A stretch of DNA of 64,000 nucleotides. It comes from Octopus vulgaris. Lineage: Eukaryota. Shown piece after piece: positions 40,878 through 54,678 of this stretch. The notes under the pieces were generated by a model. The model saw only the letters and a list, made by a program, of their open reading frames with translations, was not told where the DNA came from and searched no databases. Made by a program: the position numbers and the translations under genes. The stretch is taken from positions 68,014,001 through 68,078,000 of the forward strand of contig OX597822.1 in NCBI GenBank assembly GCA_951406725.2, written 5' to 3'. Position 1 is the stretch's first letter. Each line of letters opens with the position of its first letter.

Positions 40878-43185
40878 CATATATATATGTGTGTGTATGT
40901 GGTGTATATATATATATATACATATATATATACACATATATATATCTGTGTCTGTGTATGTGTATATATATGTGTGAGTGTGTTTGTGAGGGGGAGACTG
41001 TGTGTATATATGTATGTACATATATATGTTGTATATAATACATACATACATTTATGAATGTTACAAAACATTGCATTCGTCAGCCAAATGCGTTCATAGT
41101 GTTTTAACTTAGAAATTCCTCCATATTTAACTTCCCTATCTAATACTTCTTGTAAGAACGGTTAACCTAGTAATCCGATTTGTTACGATTAAGGTTGGTT
41201 TAACAACCTGGAGAGCAGATTAACAACAATGTAAGGTGTGTATAAAAGAGATTGAAGGCAATATATGGAACATTGGTGCTAGAATTCCCGTTTCTTGAAC
41301 AAGTTCTGTGCTCGTTTGCTTTTATATATAGGGGTTCGTTCTATTCTGGCGTATCTGTATTTTGAATAATAATTTTGTTAGTTAGTCAGATGAGGTTAAG
41401 CAATACGAAGAATTGCGTAATAAGGCGTTTGGGCGCCGTTACTTAGGCGCTGAGTATTTGGCACAGCAGCTTGGACATTCAGCCTGTTTTGGTGACACAC
41501 ACACACACACATGAGAATATATACACACGATCAAAAATTATATACATAGAGATAGAAAGAGAGAGGCATTACAATTTATTCATTCAATTGAACATGACTG
41601 AAATAAACACTTTCACTCTCCTTATACACATAAAACGAAATATGCTCACACACATAAACAGAGAGTGAGGAATGAGGGAGGGCGAGAAAGGGAATGAGAG
41701 AAACTTTAAGACGTCTGATGTCAAATAAGTCAGCGTCGAATCAGTGACGCTATATAGGAGGCGCCTGAACGGCTATGCCAAAATGTCTCACCTCAAGAGT
41801 TATCAAATTGCTAGAGCTGTTTCTCATTTTGAACATTTTTATATCAGCGACTTTATGATGGCGAGTTCAAATATTCTAACCATTAGGCCACACAACTTTA
41901 CATTTTTAAAATAGGCAACTCTAGAGATGGAGTGGGCAACTGTTTCGTGTGGGATATGCTGGGATGGTAAAACACAATAAAAGAGATAGCTGGATCTGGT
42001 GTTCCTGCTTGGAGAGAGTATTAAGTTGGCTATTTAAAAAAAAAGTAAAGATGTGTAGCCACATGTTTAGAATATTTGAACTCACTATCGTAAAGCCGTG
42101 ATCCGCTTCCCAAACATAAGATCCAAAATCAAAAGAGCAGAAGCTGTTGTAATAGTGAAAGAATCGGGAAAATGAAGAAATCACTTCAAGTTACAGCATG
42201 TAAACTTTGATTTGAAGGTATTGACTTGCTATCGCTAGCAAGTCGAACAGCGAATTTGAACCTCTGATTATTAGCTCGCTGACGACATTGTTGTTTGCAG
42301 GACTGATTTCATTGTCCACCTTACTAAAATACACTGATTAGTTTCTCACATGAAGTGATTCCTGAAAGAATTAAACAACTTTTGTCATTTGGTAATTACG
42401 ATGATAATTACGATTGTCAATAGTAAAGAGATAAACATTTGTTACAGTTTAACCACAGAACTAATCAAGTAAGCCTGTGATGAAATTCATTCTAGTCGTG
42501 TAATTCTGGGGGCTTTTTTTAAAGTATTTACAGCAATTCCTTCCAAATCGTGTGCTGCTGTGTATTTGTATGCCCAAGATGTAGTTACGTGGCACAAAAT
42601 GTCACTAGACACACCGCGAGAATCATGTCAAACACAGGCATGAGGTTATATATTTGGATGGAATGAACGTCGACTATATTACTCCCAGCACAAGGCTAGT
42701 GATTTATTTAACGACCCCGAAAGGATAGAAAGGTAAAGTTGACCTCGGCAAAATTTGAACTTAGAACGTAAAGAATATGCCTGCCTTTATTTCCACACAC
42801 GCCAGCTTAATTTAATTCGTCCTTAGTCGAAAGACACCTGTTGTTATGTCCTGTTAATTGCATTTGTATTTGTGTAACATTTCTCTGTTTTTCTCCGTCC
42901 TTGTTTTCGTATACATTCGTAATTCGTATGCTTTCTTCCAAGGAATCTAATGCTCTTAGCTTAGTTTTTCCTTGGGGCTCTGCCATATTGGAGGCAATCT
43001 TGAGTATAACCAGCCGAAATTGGAAAGATAATCTGGAACTCGACTGAGGATAGAAAACTCCGAATGACCCGTCCTTGTTTCCTTGTATCGTCTGTCTAGA
43101 TGTTTTGTTGTCCCTTTTTTGTATCATCTAAGAGTCTGGATGCTTTGCGTTCTTGTCCCATTTTTGTATTTTATATATATATATA

Positions 43186-43660
<475 letters not shown>

Positions 43661-43804
43661 GTGTGGTTAATACTTTTTCAAATACATGCCGTTTTCTTTT
43701 TTATTTGTTTTTTAAGTCAAATATTTTCCTTTCCTTCATCTGCAAAGTGAATCAAATTATTTTTTATTTTCTTTAAATTGTGCTGCGAGCAAAATAAAAT
43801 TTTA

Positions 43805-44196
43805 TAAAAACTAGGAGGGTAATGACTTGTAAATGAGCATTATATAATGTTAATTTCCTTTTTTAAAGGAAATTAAGAGTCATTTTATAACGATTTCGCT
43901 ACTATCACTTGTAGACAAAGAGCTATGTAAAAGGTCCCCTTTGGGGGTCAAATAAAAATATTGGTCTGAGTGGGTATGCAAGGTTGATGTTTGTCTCGTA
44001 AAAAAACTAGGAAAGCAATGACTTGAAAATGAGCATTATGTAACGTTATTTTCCCTTTTTAAAGGAAGTTAAGGGTCATTTTATGACGATTTCGCTGCTA
44101 TCTCTGGTAGACAGGGGACCATGTAAAAGGCCCCCTTTTGGGACCAAATAAAAATATTGGTCTGAGTGGGTATGCAAGGTTGATGTTTGTCGCGTA
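43805..44196. repeat. Tandem duplication, period 196 bp, 2 units
   Basis: ctag at 43811 and 44007 with collinear units; both end ggtctgagtgggtatgcaaggttgatgtttgtc. Confidence 0.9.
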
Positions 44197-45507
44197 CCTA
44201 AATCAGCTTCGGTTGGGCAGTCATGTGATTTAATCGCAAACTACATATTGATCTTTGGTTCGATTTTTAGTTGTTTGGCTAATTTATATGTAATTAACCT
44301 TTGAAAAGACATGATCTTCAAAACTGCCCATCCCACACCATGTAAAATCGATAATACTGTTCTTCCTTTGAAGGATATTTATGATCACGAAAGATCAATA
44401 TCTGGACTACTTTATCATGTCAGCTGTGATCAAATCGGTTTTTCTTTTTAGTTCTTGATTTTCTAGGACAACAATGTCCAGAGTGAAACCTTCCGTCTCT
44501 TAAGACTTTATGGTGTTTCTTATTTTTTATTTACTTTTTCTTTTACTATGTGTAAGGTTCTCCTGGTTGTCGTAGGTATGTTAAATATTCAAGGTATATG
44601 GTACGGTATCGAGAGAGGAAGTAGATACTTAGACGAATCCTTACTCATAAATTCACTTCAAGGATACGCCGGTAACATACACCACTTCTGCAAATAAAAA
44701 TGTATCCAGCTAACGTGACAAACAGTACGTGGTGATTCGAACGGCTAGAAATAGCAGCCAAAATATCTTTCATATTTCACTCTACTTTCTTTAAGAAAGA
44801 TGGGGTACACTGAATAAGATGGTTCTTGAGAAATTATATCTAAAAAGAAGATTGGAGCGTATTGAATCATAGCCTCTGCTCGATTAACGCTGACTTAGAG
44901 TTAAACAACAACAGCAGCAACAACAACGACACGGACCACCAATACAAGCACAACTAACACAACACCCTAAGAGAGAGGGCGGTCTCTTCATAGTTCGCTC
45001 GAGTTTCTACCAGCGGTTTCTCACTTAAGTTCAAGGCCAGAAATTTTGAAAGGAGAATGTTTGACGATACCATCAAGTCCAGGACTTGAGAGGTACTTTA
45101 TAAAACAGAAATGATGAGATGCAAAGTTGGCTTCGGCGGGATTTGAACTCGGAACGTAAATAACTAGAACAACTGCCGAAAAGCTTTTCCTTTTTCCGAC
45201 AGTCTGCTTAACCCGCCAACTCACCCACCTTCAAACTGATATAAATAACAATCAAATTTTCATATTCAAACCGTATTAAACAAGCCGTATTAAACAGTTT
45301 AGTCATCAGACAGGATACTTGAGGAAATTAAAGAAAATACCGTTGAATCGCTTTTTACTATGAGGTCTTTCGATCAGGACTGACCAAGGGCTAAACAATA
45401 ATAACAAGGATATAAAAGCCCTAATTTTATTAGTAAAACAATAATCAAGAAGTTTGAATCTGAAATTAAGGAACAAGGAAATAGATGCATTGAACTCACA
45501 TATTTAA

Positions 45508-46420
45508 CCCTCAAAAATAAGGAAGTGACCGCAATGGTCCATTTTGTGTTGAAGCCATTTTTTAAATGTAAAATATTTAATTTAAATCAATGGGGCTATA
45601 CATTAATGCTATGTCTTGAACTTTTTTTCCTAAGTTTTTGAGTAAAATCTGTTTTTCATTTTGAGTTTTAAATGTTATAAGAGTTCCGTGAAAACACAGA
45701 CTGGACTGTTGTGATCTTGTGAATAGTATGTCTCATTGCAAGGCAGCGAGCTAGCAGAAACGTTAGCACGCCGGGTTTAACGGTCTTTGGTCTGTCTTTA
45801 CGTTCTGAGTTCAAATTCCGCCGAGGTCGACTTTACCTTTCATCCTTTCGGGGTCGATAAATAAAGTACCAGTTGCGTACTGGGGTCGATCTAATCGACT
45901 GGTCCGCTCCCCAAAAATGTTGGGCCTTGTGCCTAGAGTAGAAAAGAATAGTATGTCTTATTATGAAGATAAAAATAGTAAATTCGTATCAAGAAATATG
46001 TTCTCGAGTTTTCCTTAATGTTCACGAATTCCTGAATGTTCAAGAAATTCTATGACAACACTTGAACACTATTCGATGAAATGTGTCGCACGAAGATTGC
46101 CAGTGGAAGTGTTGTTTTTTTTCTTCTCCAACCTGATTGATACAACAGCGTATAATGCCTTTTCGTTATGTACGGAAAAGCGCCCACAGTTCAACCAGAG
46201 GAACAAACTCCAATCTAGACATGGATTTCTTAAAATGCTGGCTGAAGAACTCCTTGTTGATGAAGAATCGGAAGAAATAATTTCAGTATCATAGCAGAAA
46301 AAAAAATGGGCAACTCACGACGATTTTGCGGGATTTATCCGTCACAAAGGAAGAAAATAAGTAGAACTAGCTGTCAAAGGTGTCAGATTTTTGCATGTGA
46401 AAGCCACAGAGATGAAACTG
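45508..46420 (+). mobile_element. Internally deleted piggyBac-like transposon remnant
   Basis: TTAA|CCCT at 45504-45511; peptides YSMKCVARRLP...NLIDTTAYNAF...RHGFLKMLAEEL and RRFCGIYP...RTSCQRCQIFACESH (transposase C-terminus and Cys-rich domain). Right TIR not found. Confidence 0.75.
45742..45945 (+). mobile_element. SINE-B nested in the piggyBac remnant, with about 17-bp TSD
   Basis: gaatagtatgtctcatt (45721-45737) and gaatagtatgtcttatt (45946-45962). Confidence 0.9.
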
Positions 46421-47572
46421 CCTTCATATTTTTATCTCTTTTTATTTCATTCTCTTTTTTTTTTCAAGAAAAATTGTTTTTAAGCTGACCACGCAAGAAG
46501 TGAAAATTGAGAACATCGAATCGGAGATTAAAATTAAGTTTCTCAACGATTTTTATTAAACACAAACAAGTCTACAAACAAACACTCTTACCTCATCTCT
46601 CGTTTGAATTAATTATGTCGATGGCAAATCCTAAAATACTTTGAGAGGCTGGAAGACTATCAAAGCTTTCCTTTTCATGAATCAGTTCAAGGACAGATTC
46701 ATGAAAAGGACCTTTTCAAGGACTGATTCAAAGACCTTTTCATAAATCAGTTCTGACAGATCAATGCCAACTCTATGAAGGATTGAACTCAAAACTGCCG
46801 TCTAACGGATCGGTATATGATTTTATCACAACTATTAGTTGTCCATATCCTATTTTCAAATTACTTGTTTATATGTTTAGCCGTAGACGTAGAGAAATAA
46901 ATACTGGTGATGCAATACAAGCTCCGAATACTATATAAGATAATCAAACTTGGCCATCTGATATTCTTTCATAATAATTAAAAACACAATTATGTGTTTT
47001 TTCTTTGTTTAGTTTCTTTTTGTTATTCTTTTCTTTTATTCTTCAAATAAAGCCACATGACGGCGATGACAACAAAAGATTTGCATAAATAACACGTTTT
47101 GTTGAGGTGAGAAGTGTATTAGCTAAATAGATAACACTTTGCTTCGGCAACTGCTGAGAAATGCTATGGTGATAGATCTGTCGCATTTGAACAGTGATAT
47201 ATTCTTTACTTAATATAATAGTTTCATTTCGAGATAACAGCTGTGTACACGCATGTGTTAACGTGGATTTATATAAAGAATATTGGTGAGGATTTCTTTA
47301 CGTTATCAGTATAACCATGTACATATACGTGCATATGTGTGCATGAATGAGTGTATGAGTGTATGTTTGTAAGCTTTTGTGTCGAGTACTGCACAACAAA
47401 TATAAACAAGTTGGTTTCGATTTCAGATTGCGTCAGGCTGAATCATCTTACACCAAATTTAGAATCTATATACATTATTATAGATTTCAAACTCAACTAT
47501 TCAATGGCACTATCAAACCTATGGACTAATCTTCAGTAACAGAACAGTACTAACAATTATTTCTGATATAAG

Positions 47573-48204
47573 GGTGACGAACCGGCAGAATCGTTGCACG
47601 CTGGACAAAATGCTTAGCGATATTTTGTCTGTCGCTACGTTCTGAGTTCAAATTCCGCCGAGATCGACTTTGCCTTTCATCCTTTCGGGGTCGATTAAAT
47701 AAGTACCAGTTAGGCACTGGGGTCGATGTAATCGACTTAATCCCTTTGTCCTTGTTTGTCCTCTCTGTGTTTAGCCCCTTGTGAGCAATAAAGAAATAAG
47801 AATCATTGCACGCTAGACAAAATGCTTAGCGCTATTCCGTCTGCCGCCACGTTCTGAGTTCAAATTCGGCCGAGGTCGACTTTACCTTTCATCCTTTCGG
47901 GGTTGATTAAATAAGTACCAGTTACGCATGGGTTCAATATAATTGACTTAATCCGTTTGTCTGTCTTTGTTTGACCCCTCTGTGTGTAGCCCCTTGTAGG
48001 CAGTAAAGAAATAAGAATGGTTAGCAAACCGGACAAAATGTTAAGTAGCATTTCGTCTGTGTTTACATTCTGAGTTGAAATTCTGTTGAGGGTGACTTTG
48101 CTTCTCACTTTTCGGGTCGATACGATAAATATCAGTCAAGCACTGGGGTTGATGTAATCGACCTACACCCCACCCCCACGAACTTGGTGGCCTTGTACCA
48201 AAAC
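47573..48204 (+). mobile_element. SINE-B trimer
   Basis: Units restart at aaagaaata|agaatcattgcac and aaagaaata|agaatggttagc. Confidence 0.9.
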
Positions 48205-48385
48205 TTTAAAGCCAACATTTCTCATATAGATACAACTTCGAGATCTTGAGGGGGCGGGTTTGTCGATTAAATGTATCCAAGTATTTTATTGGTACTTTAT
48301 TTTGTCCCCATCCCCACGCCTTAAAAGAAAATTTACTGGGAGACAGCACTTCTTTCTCTACTTTCAGTTTCCTTTCCATGTGAAC

Positions 48386-48433
<48 letters not shown>

Positions 48434-48465
48434 CATCATAATCATCATCATAATCATCATCATCA

Positions 48466-48529
<64 letters not shown>

Positions 48530-49084
48530 GCTCTGATGCAGTAACAGACAGTGGCTCTCGTGGCTACTGATCTTAACTGATTGGAAGTGTCATCACGTAC
48601 ATTGTTTTGTTTTGGTATAAAAGATGGGCTACAGCAAATATTCTGCTTAATACCACAGGTTTGCTTGTCAGTTGTTTGACCATAACCAGCTGAGCATGTC
48701 CCTTAGTGGCTGACGACACATACACTTCTGATCACAAGCAGAAATAGTGGGGGAGCATCATAGCCATGTGTTGAGAGGTATTTTGTGGGGTTTGGATAAT
48801 TCACATTTGAAAACATAGGTGTTTCGTTCAACATCCTTAAATAACCCTTATTCAGGGACCTTTTGAGCAGGATGGGTTACTCTACCAGAAGAAAATTATA
48901 ACTGGACTCCATCTGCAAGGTCATGCGCTGTTTATCTTGATATGAGATCACCATGTTGCGCACATGTGGTTGTGATGCATATGCCTAGTGTACCCTTATC
49001 AGACGGGTAACCATGATGGGTATACTGGGCTTCGTATATTTTACCCCAGTGTCACCTTGATGGCATGCACAGCTCTCTCACTCA
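48530..49084 (+). mobile_element. Unclassified about 555-bp interspersed repeat with (TAA)n tail, embedded in trinucleotide microsatellite
   Basis: Sharp junctions with (TTA)n on the left and (TAA)n on the right; second partial copy at 2040-2185. Orientation inferred from the tail. Confidence 0.65.
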
Positions 49085-49129
<45 letters not shown>

Positions 49130-50235
49130 GTGATTTCTTTTATTTGCTACAGCGACATCAGATGAATGAGGCATTACGAAAACAGAAAATAGGGATAACA
49201 GGAAAGATGGGGGTTGCAATTCTCTTGATACAGGAGATCTTTCAACTAAGGCCAATTTAGGAAGCCCAGAAATCAGAAGGCACAAGCTTTTGCTCAACTG
49301 TTGTTTTTTCTGTCTATCGAAGTCTCCATAGGAGTCCGTTCACCCTAACTGTTTTGGCCAGAGTCATCCACCTTTTTTACAAATCCACTTAGAGAGAGAG
49401 AGAACACTTCCCTCTGTACCATCATAATAATAAAAGAATGACAATATAAAAAGGAATACAACATTGTTATGCAGCAAACATTAATTAATGACACATGTAG
49501 AATATAATAAATATTATCCGAAGATCTAAATGTAAATCACAACAAATCATAATTAATATAAGGAAATAAACTAAATAGTAATTCACGTTGAAAAACAATG
49601 CTTTTTATTTTTCAATTTTTAAGTTTGATTTTTTTTTTAACTTTTTTCTTTTTTTGTTAAATCGATCAGAAATCAGTATAAACCAAGGTTTATTTCGAGA
49701 GTGTATAAGAAAAATATTTTATCGAAATTATCTGAGAAAAAGAACAACAACAACAAATGCGAATAGTTGAAGAAGAAGAAGAAGAAGAAGAAGAAGAAGA
49801 AGAAGAAGAAGAAGAAGAAGAAGAAGAGAAGAAAGAAAGAAGTGGAAGGGTGCTGATGATGATCATGTTCACAATCATGATCATGAAGAATAGCCGAGAG
49901 TGCTCAGAATTGTGCTGAGTGATTTAATTACAAATGAGTAATTAAATTTGTATCTGGTTAATTATATTAAAGCAGAAAGAAATTTATTATAAACCGCTTC
50001 AAGTGTTGCTTGATTCTGATGCGGAGTTTAAGTTGCGAAGATGTGTGTGTGTGTATGTGTGTATGTGTGTATGTATGTGTGTGTGTGTGTGTGTGTGTGT
50101 ATTTGTGTCTGTGTGTGTATGTGTGTTATCTATAATTGTATATGCTTATGTGTAAGCGTGATGTTTATACGTGTTTGTAAAGGTGGTTGTGTAAGCGTAT
50201 ATGTGCAAGTGATTTTTGTGTGTTTGTATGGATGT

Positions 50236-50276
<41 letters not shown>

Positions 50277-50562
50277 ATCTATAAATGTATACGCTTATAT
50301 GTGTGATGTTCATACGTGTTTGAAAATATGGTTGTGCATGCGTGTATGTGCAAAATGTTTTTTTGGTATGTTTGTATGGATGTGTGGGAGCGTGTGTGTG
50401 TGTGTGTGTGTTCGAGCGTGTTCTTGTGTATGGTCTTATATGTGTGTCTATGAGTGATTTTGTATACGTATTTCAATGTTTCGCTTCATATGGGCATGTA
50501 TAGTCCTCCATATGCCTGTATGGAATCCTGAGTATGTATAGGAATGTATGTGTCATCAGCAT

Positions 50563-50880
50563 CCTTCTTCTTCTTCTTCTTCATTTTCTTTTCCTTCATT
50601 TTCTTTTTCTTTTTCTGCTTGTTGTTGTCCTTCTTCTTCTTCTCTTCTCCCAGTTCTTCTTCTTCTTCTTCTTCTTCTTCTTCTTCTTCTTCTTCCCCGT
50701 TCTTCTTCTTCTTCTTCTACTTCTTCTTCTTCAGCTTTTCTTCTTCTTCAGCTTTTCTTCTTCTTCTTCTTCTTCTTCTCTTCTTTTTCTTCTTCTTCTT
50801 CTACTTTTCTTCTTCTTCGTCTACATTTCTTCCTCTTCTTCTTCTACTTCTTCTGCTGCTGCTGCTGCTGCTGCCGCTTC
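50563..50880. repeat. (TTC)n-rich polypyrimidine tract ending in (CTG)n
   Basis: Direct reading; the complementary (GAA)n tract lies at 49769-49826. Confidence 0.9.
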
Positions 50881-50969
50881 TCCAACTACTTGTAGTTATT
50901 GCTAATGTTGTTCTCCCCCGTATGCATATGAAGTCGTGTGTGTGCGTGTGAGTGTATGTGCGTGCGTGT

Positions 50970-51014
<45 letters not shown>

Positions 51015-51333
51015 ATTACATATGCATATTTGTGATTGTGTATTTCTCTACTCGGATATCTGCACGTTTACCCGTTTTAATATATGCATGTATGCGGCCG
51101 TTCGTCTCTATGACATTTTAATGCGCTTGAACCGACGATGTATATGTGTTGTATGTTTGCAAAAGTGCCCCTCTGTGCATGTACATACATATGGTTTAGT
51201 GTGTATTTGTGTGTGTATGTGTGTGTGTAAGAGAGAGAGAGAGAGAGTTTCCTATATATGTGTGTGTGGTTTTGTATATGACTATTTGACTTTCTGGACG
51301 TGTTCAAGATTTTATTATTCTATGTATGTGTAA

Positions 51334-52008
51334 GGTAGCGAGCTGGCAGAAACGTTAGCACGCCGGGCGAAATGCTTAGCGGTATTTCGTCTGCCGCTAC
51401 GTTGTGAGTTCAAATTCCGCCGAGGTCGACTTTGCCTTTCATCCTTTCGGGGTCGATAAAATAAGTACCAGTTACGCAATGGTGTCGATATAATCGACTT
51501 AATCCTTTTGTCTGTCCTTGTTTGTCCCCTCTGTGTTTAACCCCTTGTAGGCAATTAAGAAATAAGAAACGTTAGCAAGCCGGGCACAAACGCTTTCTAG
51601 CGCCATTTCGTCCATCTTTACGTCCTGAGTTCAAATTCTGCCGAAGTCGATTTTGCCTTTCATCGACTCCAATAAGTCGATAAAATAAAGTACCAATCAA
51701 ATACTAGGATCGATGTAATGAACTATTCATCTCATACAAAATTTCAGGCCTTGTACCTTTCGTCGAAAGGTTTATTCTGCGTATGTGTAAGGTGGGGAGC
51801 TGGCAGACTCGTTAGCACACCGGGGAAAATGCTTGTTATCACGATTTCATCCGTGTTTACGCTCTGGGTTCAAATTCCACTGAGATCGACTTCATCTTTC
51901 ATCCTTTCGGAGTCGATAAAAATAAGTGTTAGTTGCGTACTGGGGTCGATATAATCGTTTAGCCCCTTTTGCAGAAATTGCTGGCATTGCGCCAAAATTT
52001 GAAATCAG
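51334..52008 (+). mobile_element. SINE-B array (dimer plus monomer) with three copies of the target site
   Basis: ttattctatgtatgtgtaa (51315-51333), ttattctgcgtatgtgtaa (51772-51790), tattttatgtatgtgtaa (52009-52026). Confidence 0.9.
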
Positions 52009-52280
52009 TATTTTATGTATGTGTAATCGTTTCACGCTTTGACTTTTTCGTGTGAAATTGCATATAAAATCAATCTACTATTAAAAATATATCTTTTAAC
52101 AGAGTACGTATTAACTTTCCAAGGCAAACGTTGACGGTGGCACTGACGTTTCGGCATACTCACCTTCATCAAACTGTCTCATGGGTGCAATTTCTGAGTT
52201 GTTGAGTACATTCAAATTTACTTTGCATAGTTCAGACAATATTTGATATATAATTCAAATCATTTCTTAGAATTTATAGA

Positions 52281-52558
52281 CATAGGTGCAGATGTGACTG
52301 TGTAGTAAGAAGCTGTATTCCCAACCACATTATTCTAGGTTCAGGCCCACTGCGTGGCATGTTTGAGTAGGTGTCTTCTACTATAGCCTCGAGTCGACCA
52401 TATCCTAGTGAGTGGATTTGGCAAACAGAAACTGAAAGTAGCCTGTTGTATATACATATAGGTGCAGGAGTGGCTGTGTGGTAAGAAGCTTGTTTCGCAA
52501 TCACATGATTCAGGGTTCAATCCCACTGCGTGGAACCATGGGAATGTGTCTTCTACTA
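52281..52558 (+). mobile_element. Two tandem SINE-A 5' fragments
   Basis: Heads cataggtgcag at about 52281 and 52458. Confidence 0.8.
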
Positions 52559-52780
52559 TATATATATATACATATATATATATATACATATATATATATA
52601 AAGGGAAAGTTTACGAAAATAAACAAAAGGCGAAGGCAGGTGGTGTACATAACAAACATATGTATTAGTATAGCGCTCAGGAATAGAAAAAGTCTTTTAC
52701 GTTTCGAACCTACGCTCTTCTACAGAAAGGTACACAGAAAAAACAAGGAGAGAAAAAATGTGTGTAGTGGCTAACGATCT

Positions 52781-52839
<59 letters not shown>

Positions 52840-52909
52840 CTGAGAATGTGTATCTGTTTGTGTGTATGTGTACATCACAAAAGCTTGAGAACTACTCAAC
52901 TACTCAATA

Positions 52910-53485
52910 CAGTGTACATTTAAACACATAAGAGGTATCCATCATAGAATTCATTTCACACTAGAAGGAACAGCTAAAGTATAAACCACTGTTAGGGATA
53001 AAAACTCGAAGGGAATGAAAAGAAAAACATTTGCCTGCATTTATATGAATAATATATAGTCTTTTGACTAATTTTTATGCACGCTAGGCTACAGGTAGTA
53101 AAAATTTCTAAAATTTTATTACTCTGATATTATTAATTATTGATAAATTTTTCTGGAAAATTGTTCGAAGAAATGCCGGTATTTTTGGGCTGCCGACAAA
53201 AAACTGCGCTTGCAGAATATAATGTATAAGCATGAGGCACATGCTGGATTTGCCTCGAACTTATATGTTTATTCTAGGCGTACCTGTTGATGAAGACTTC
53301 GTCTAGCAAATTATTTTATTTGCTAAAAAAGTCTGAAACCATGGTCCAGGATTTAGATGGTAAATGTTTTTATTTTTCATTCCCTTCGAGTTTTTATCCC
53401 TAATAGTGGTTTGGACTTTAGCTGATCCTTCTAGCGTGAAAGGAATCCTATGATAGATACCTCTTATGTGTTTAAATGTTCACTG
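52910..53485. mobile_element. Tc1-like MITE, 576 bp, about 126-bp TIRs, TA TSD
   Basis: TA|CAGTGTACATTTAAACACATAAGAGGTATC ... GATACCTCTTATGTGTTTAAATGTTCACTG|TA; arms 52910-53035 and 53359-53485. Confidence 0.9.
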
Positions 53486-53726
53486 TATTTATATATATTT
53501 ATATATATGTGTACAAGGCTGTATTTTTCAAAATGGAGGCGAACACCTTTTTCCATGTGATCGACTTGAAAAATTATTAAGACGCTAGGATATTTTCCTA
53601 CTTTATTAACCTGAAACTAGTGGTAGCCTCAATTCACAAATAAAGAAGTTATATCTACCAATGTAGTGTTGAGCACTCATTTTCATCCTTCGACACACAC
53701 ACACACGCACACACACACACACACAC

Positions 53727-53793
<67 letters not shown>

Positions 53794-54383
53794 GATTGAT
53801 TGATTGATTTATATTACATAGCCACATACATATTCATACATATATGCATATGTGCGCATGCCTGCATTAACACGAAAGAACTTGAAAAGAAAGACAGAAA
53901 AAAGAGTACTCAATACCAGCTGTAGAGTTATATTCATTGGTTGCAGAATATGATCGCTATATCATTACATTTTGCCAACACTGGGTCAATATATAAACGA
54001 GCAGGTTTAAGTTATATAATCTGCTTTACAAGAATAGAATTTGTAAATTTGTGATGAATTCTGCAAATATGATTGTGAAAAATACTCGTGGGATTAGACA
54101 AGAAAACTAATCGATATTATTTACATAGAGAAAATAGAAACATTCTGAAAATAAGTAAAAATGGAGTAGCATATTTAACATCATTCGCATCTTTGTGCAT
54201 ACACAAGCGCATGCGTAGAGATGCGGAGACTTATATACATATATACGCATGTGCATGTGAGTGTAAGACTTACGAATACTCGTGCCTTATGTGTGTGCAC
54301 GTGAGTGTGTGTTTGTGTGTGTGTGTGTATGCATACACACACATACATGCGGATGTAGAGAAGTAGACCTACATATGTATGCA

Positions 54384-54421
<38 letters not shown>

Positions 54422-54638
54422 CATATATACACACACACACAATTTTTATACATTTTTATATACATGGGCATATATTTAGATGTTCAGGTGAGAATAAATT
54501 CGAGAACAGGGATACATAACGCGTAGAAAATAAAGAAACATGCAGCATACATATACACACAAACATATATATATCCTTTTACTTTTTTCAGTTCACTGAC
54601 TGGAGCCATGCTGGAGCACCGCCTTAATGTAGGTTATT

Positions 54639-54678
<40 letters not shown>

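Noticed and set aside
42810-43175. Pyrimidine-rich segment with 106-aa reverse ORF
   Set aside because: Looks like an unclassified repeat ending in (TA)n, but there is only one copy here and no diagnostic motif.
50485-50524. 15-bp G.U-rich hairpin as pre-miRNA
   Set aside because: Stem too short for a canonical precursor; no known mature sequence recognised.
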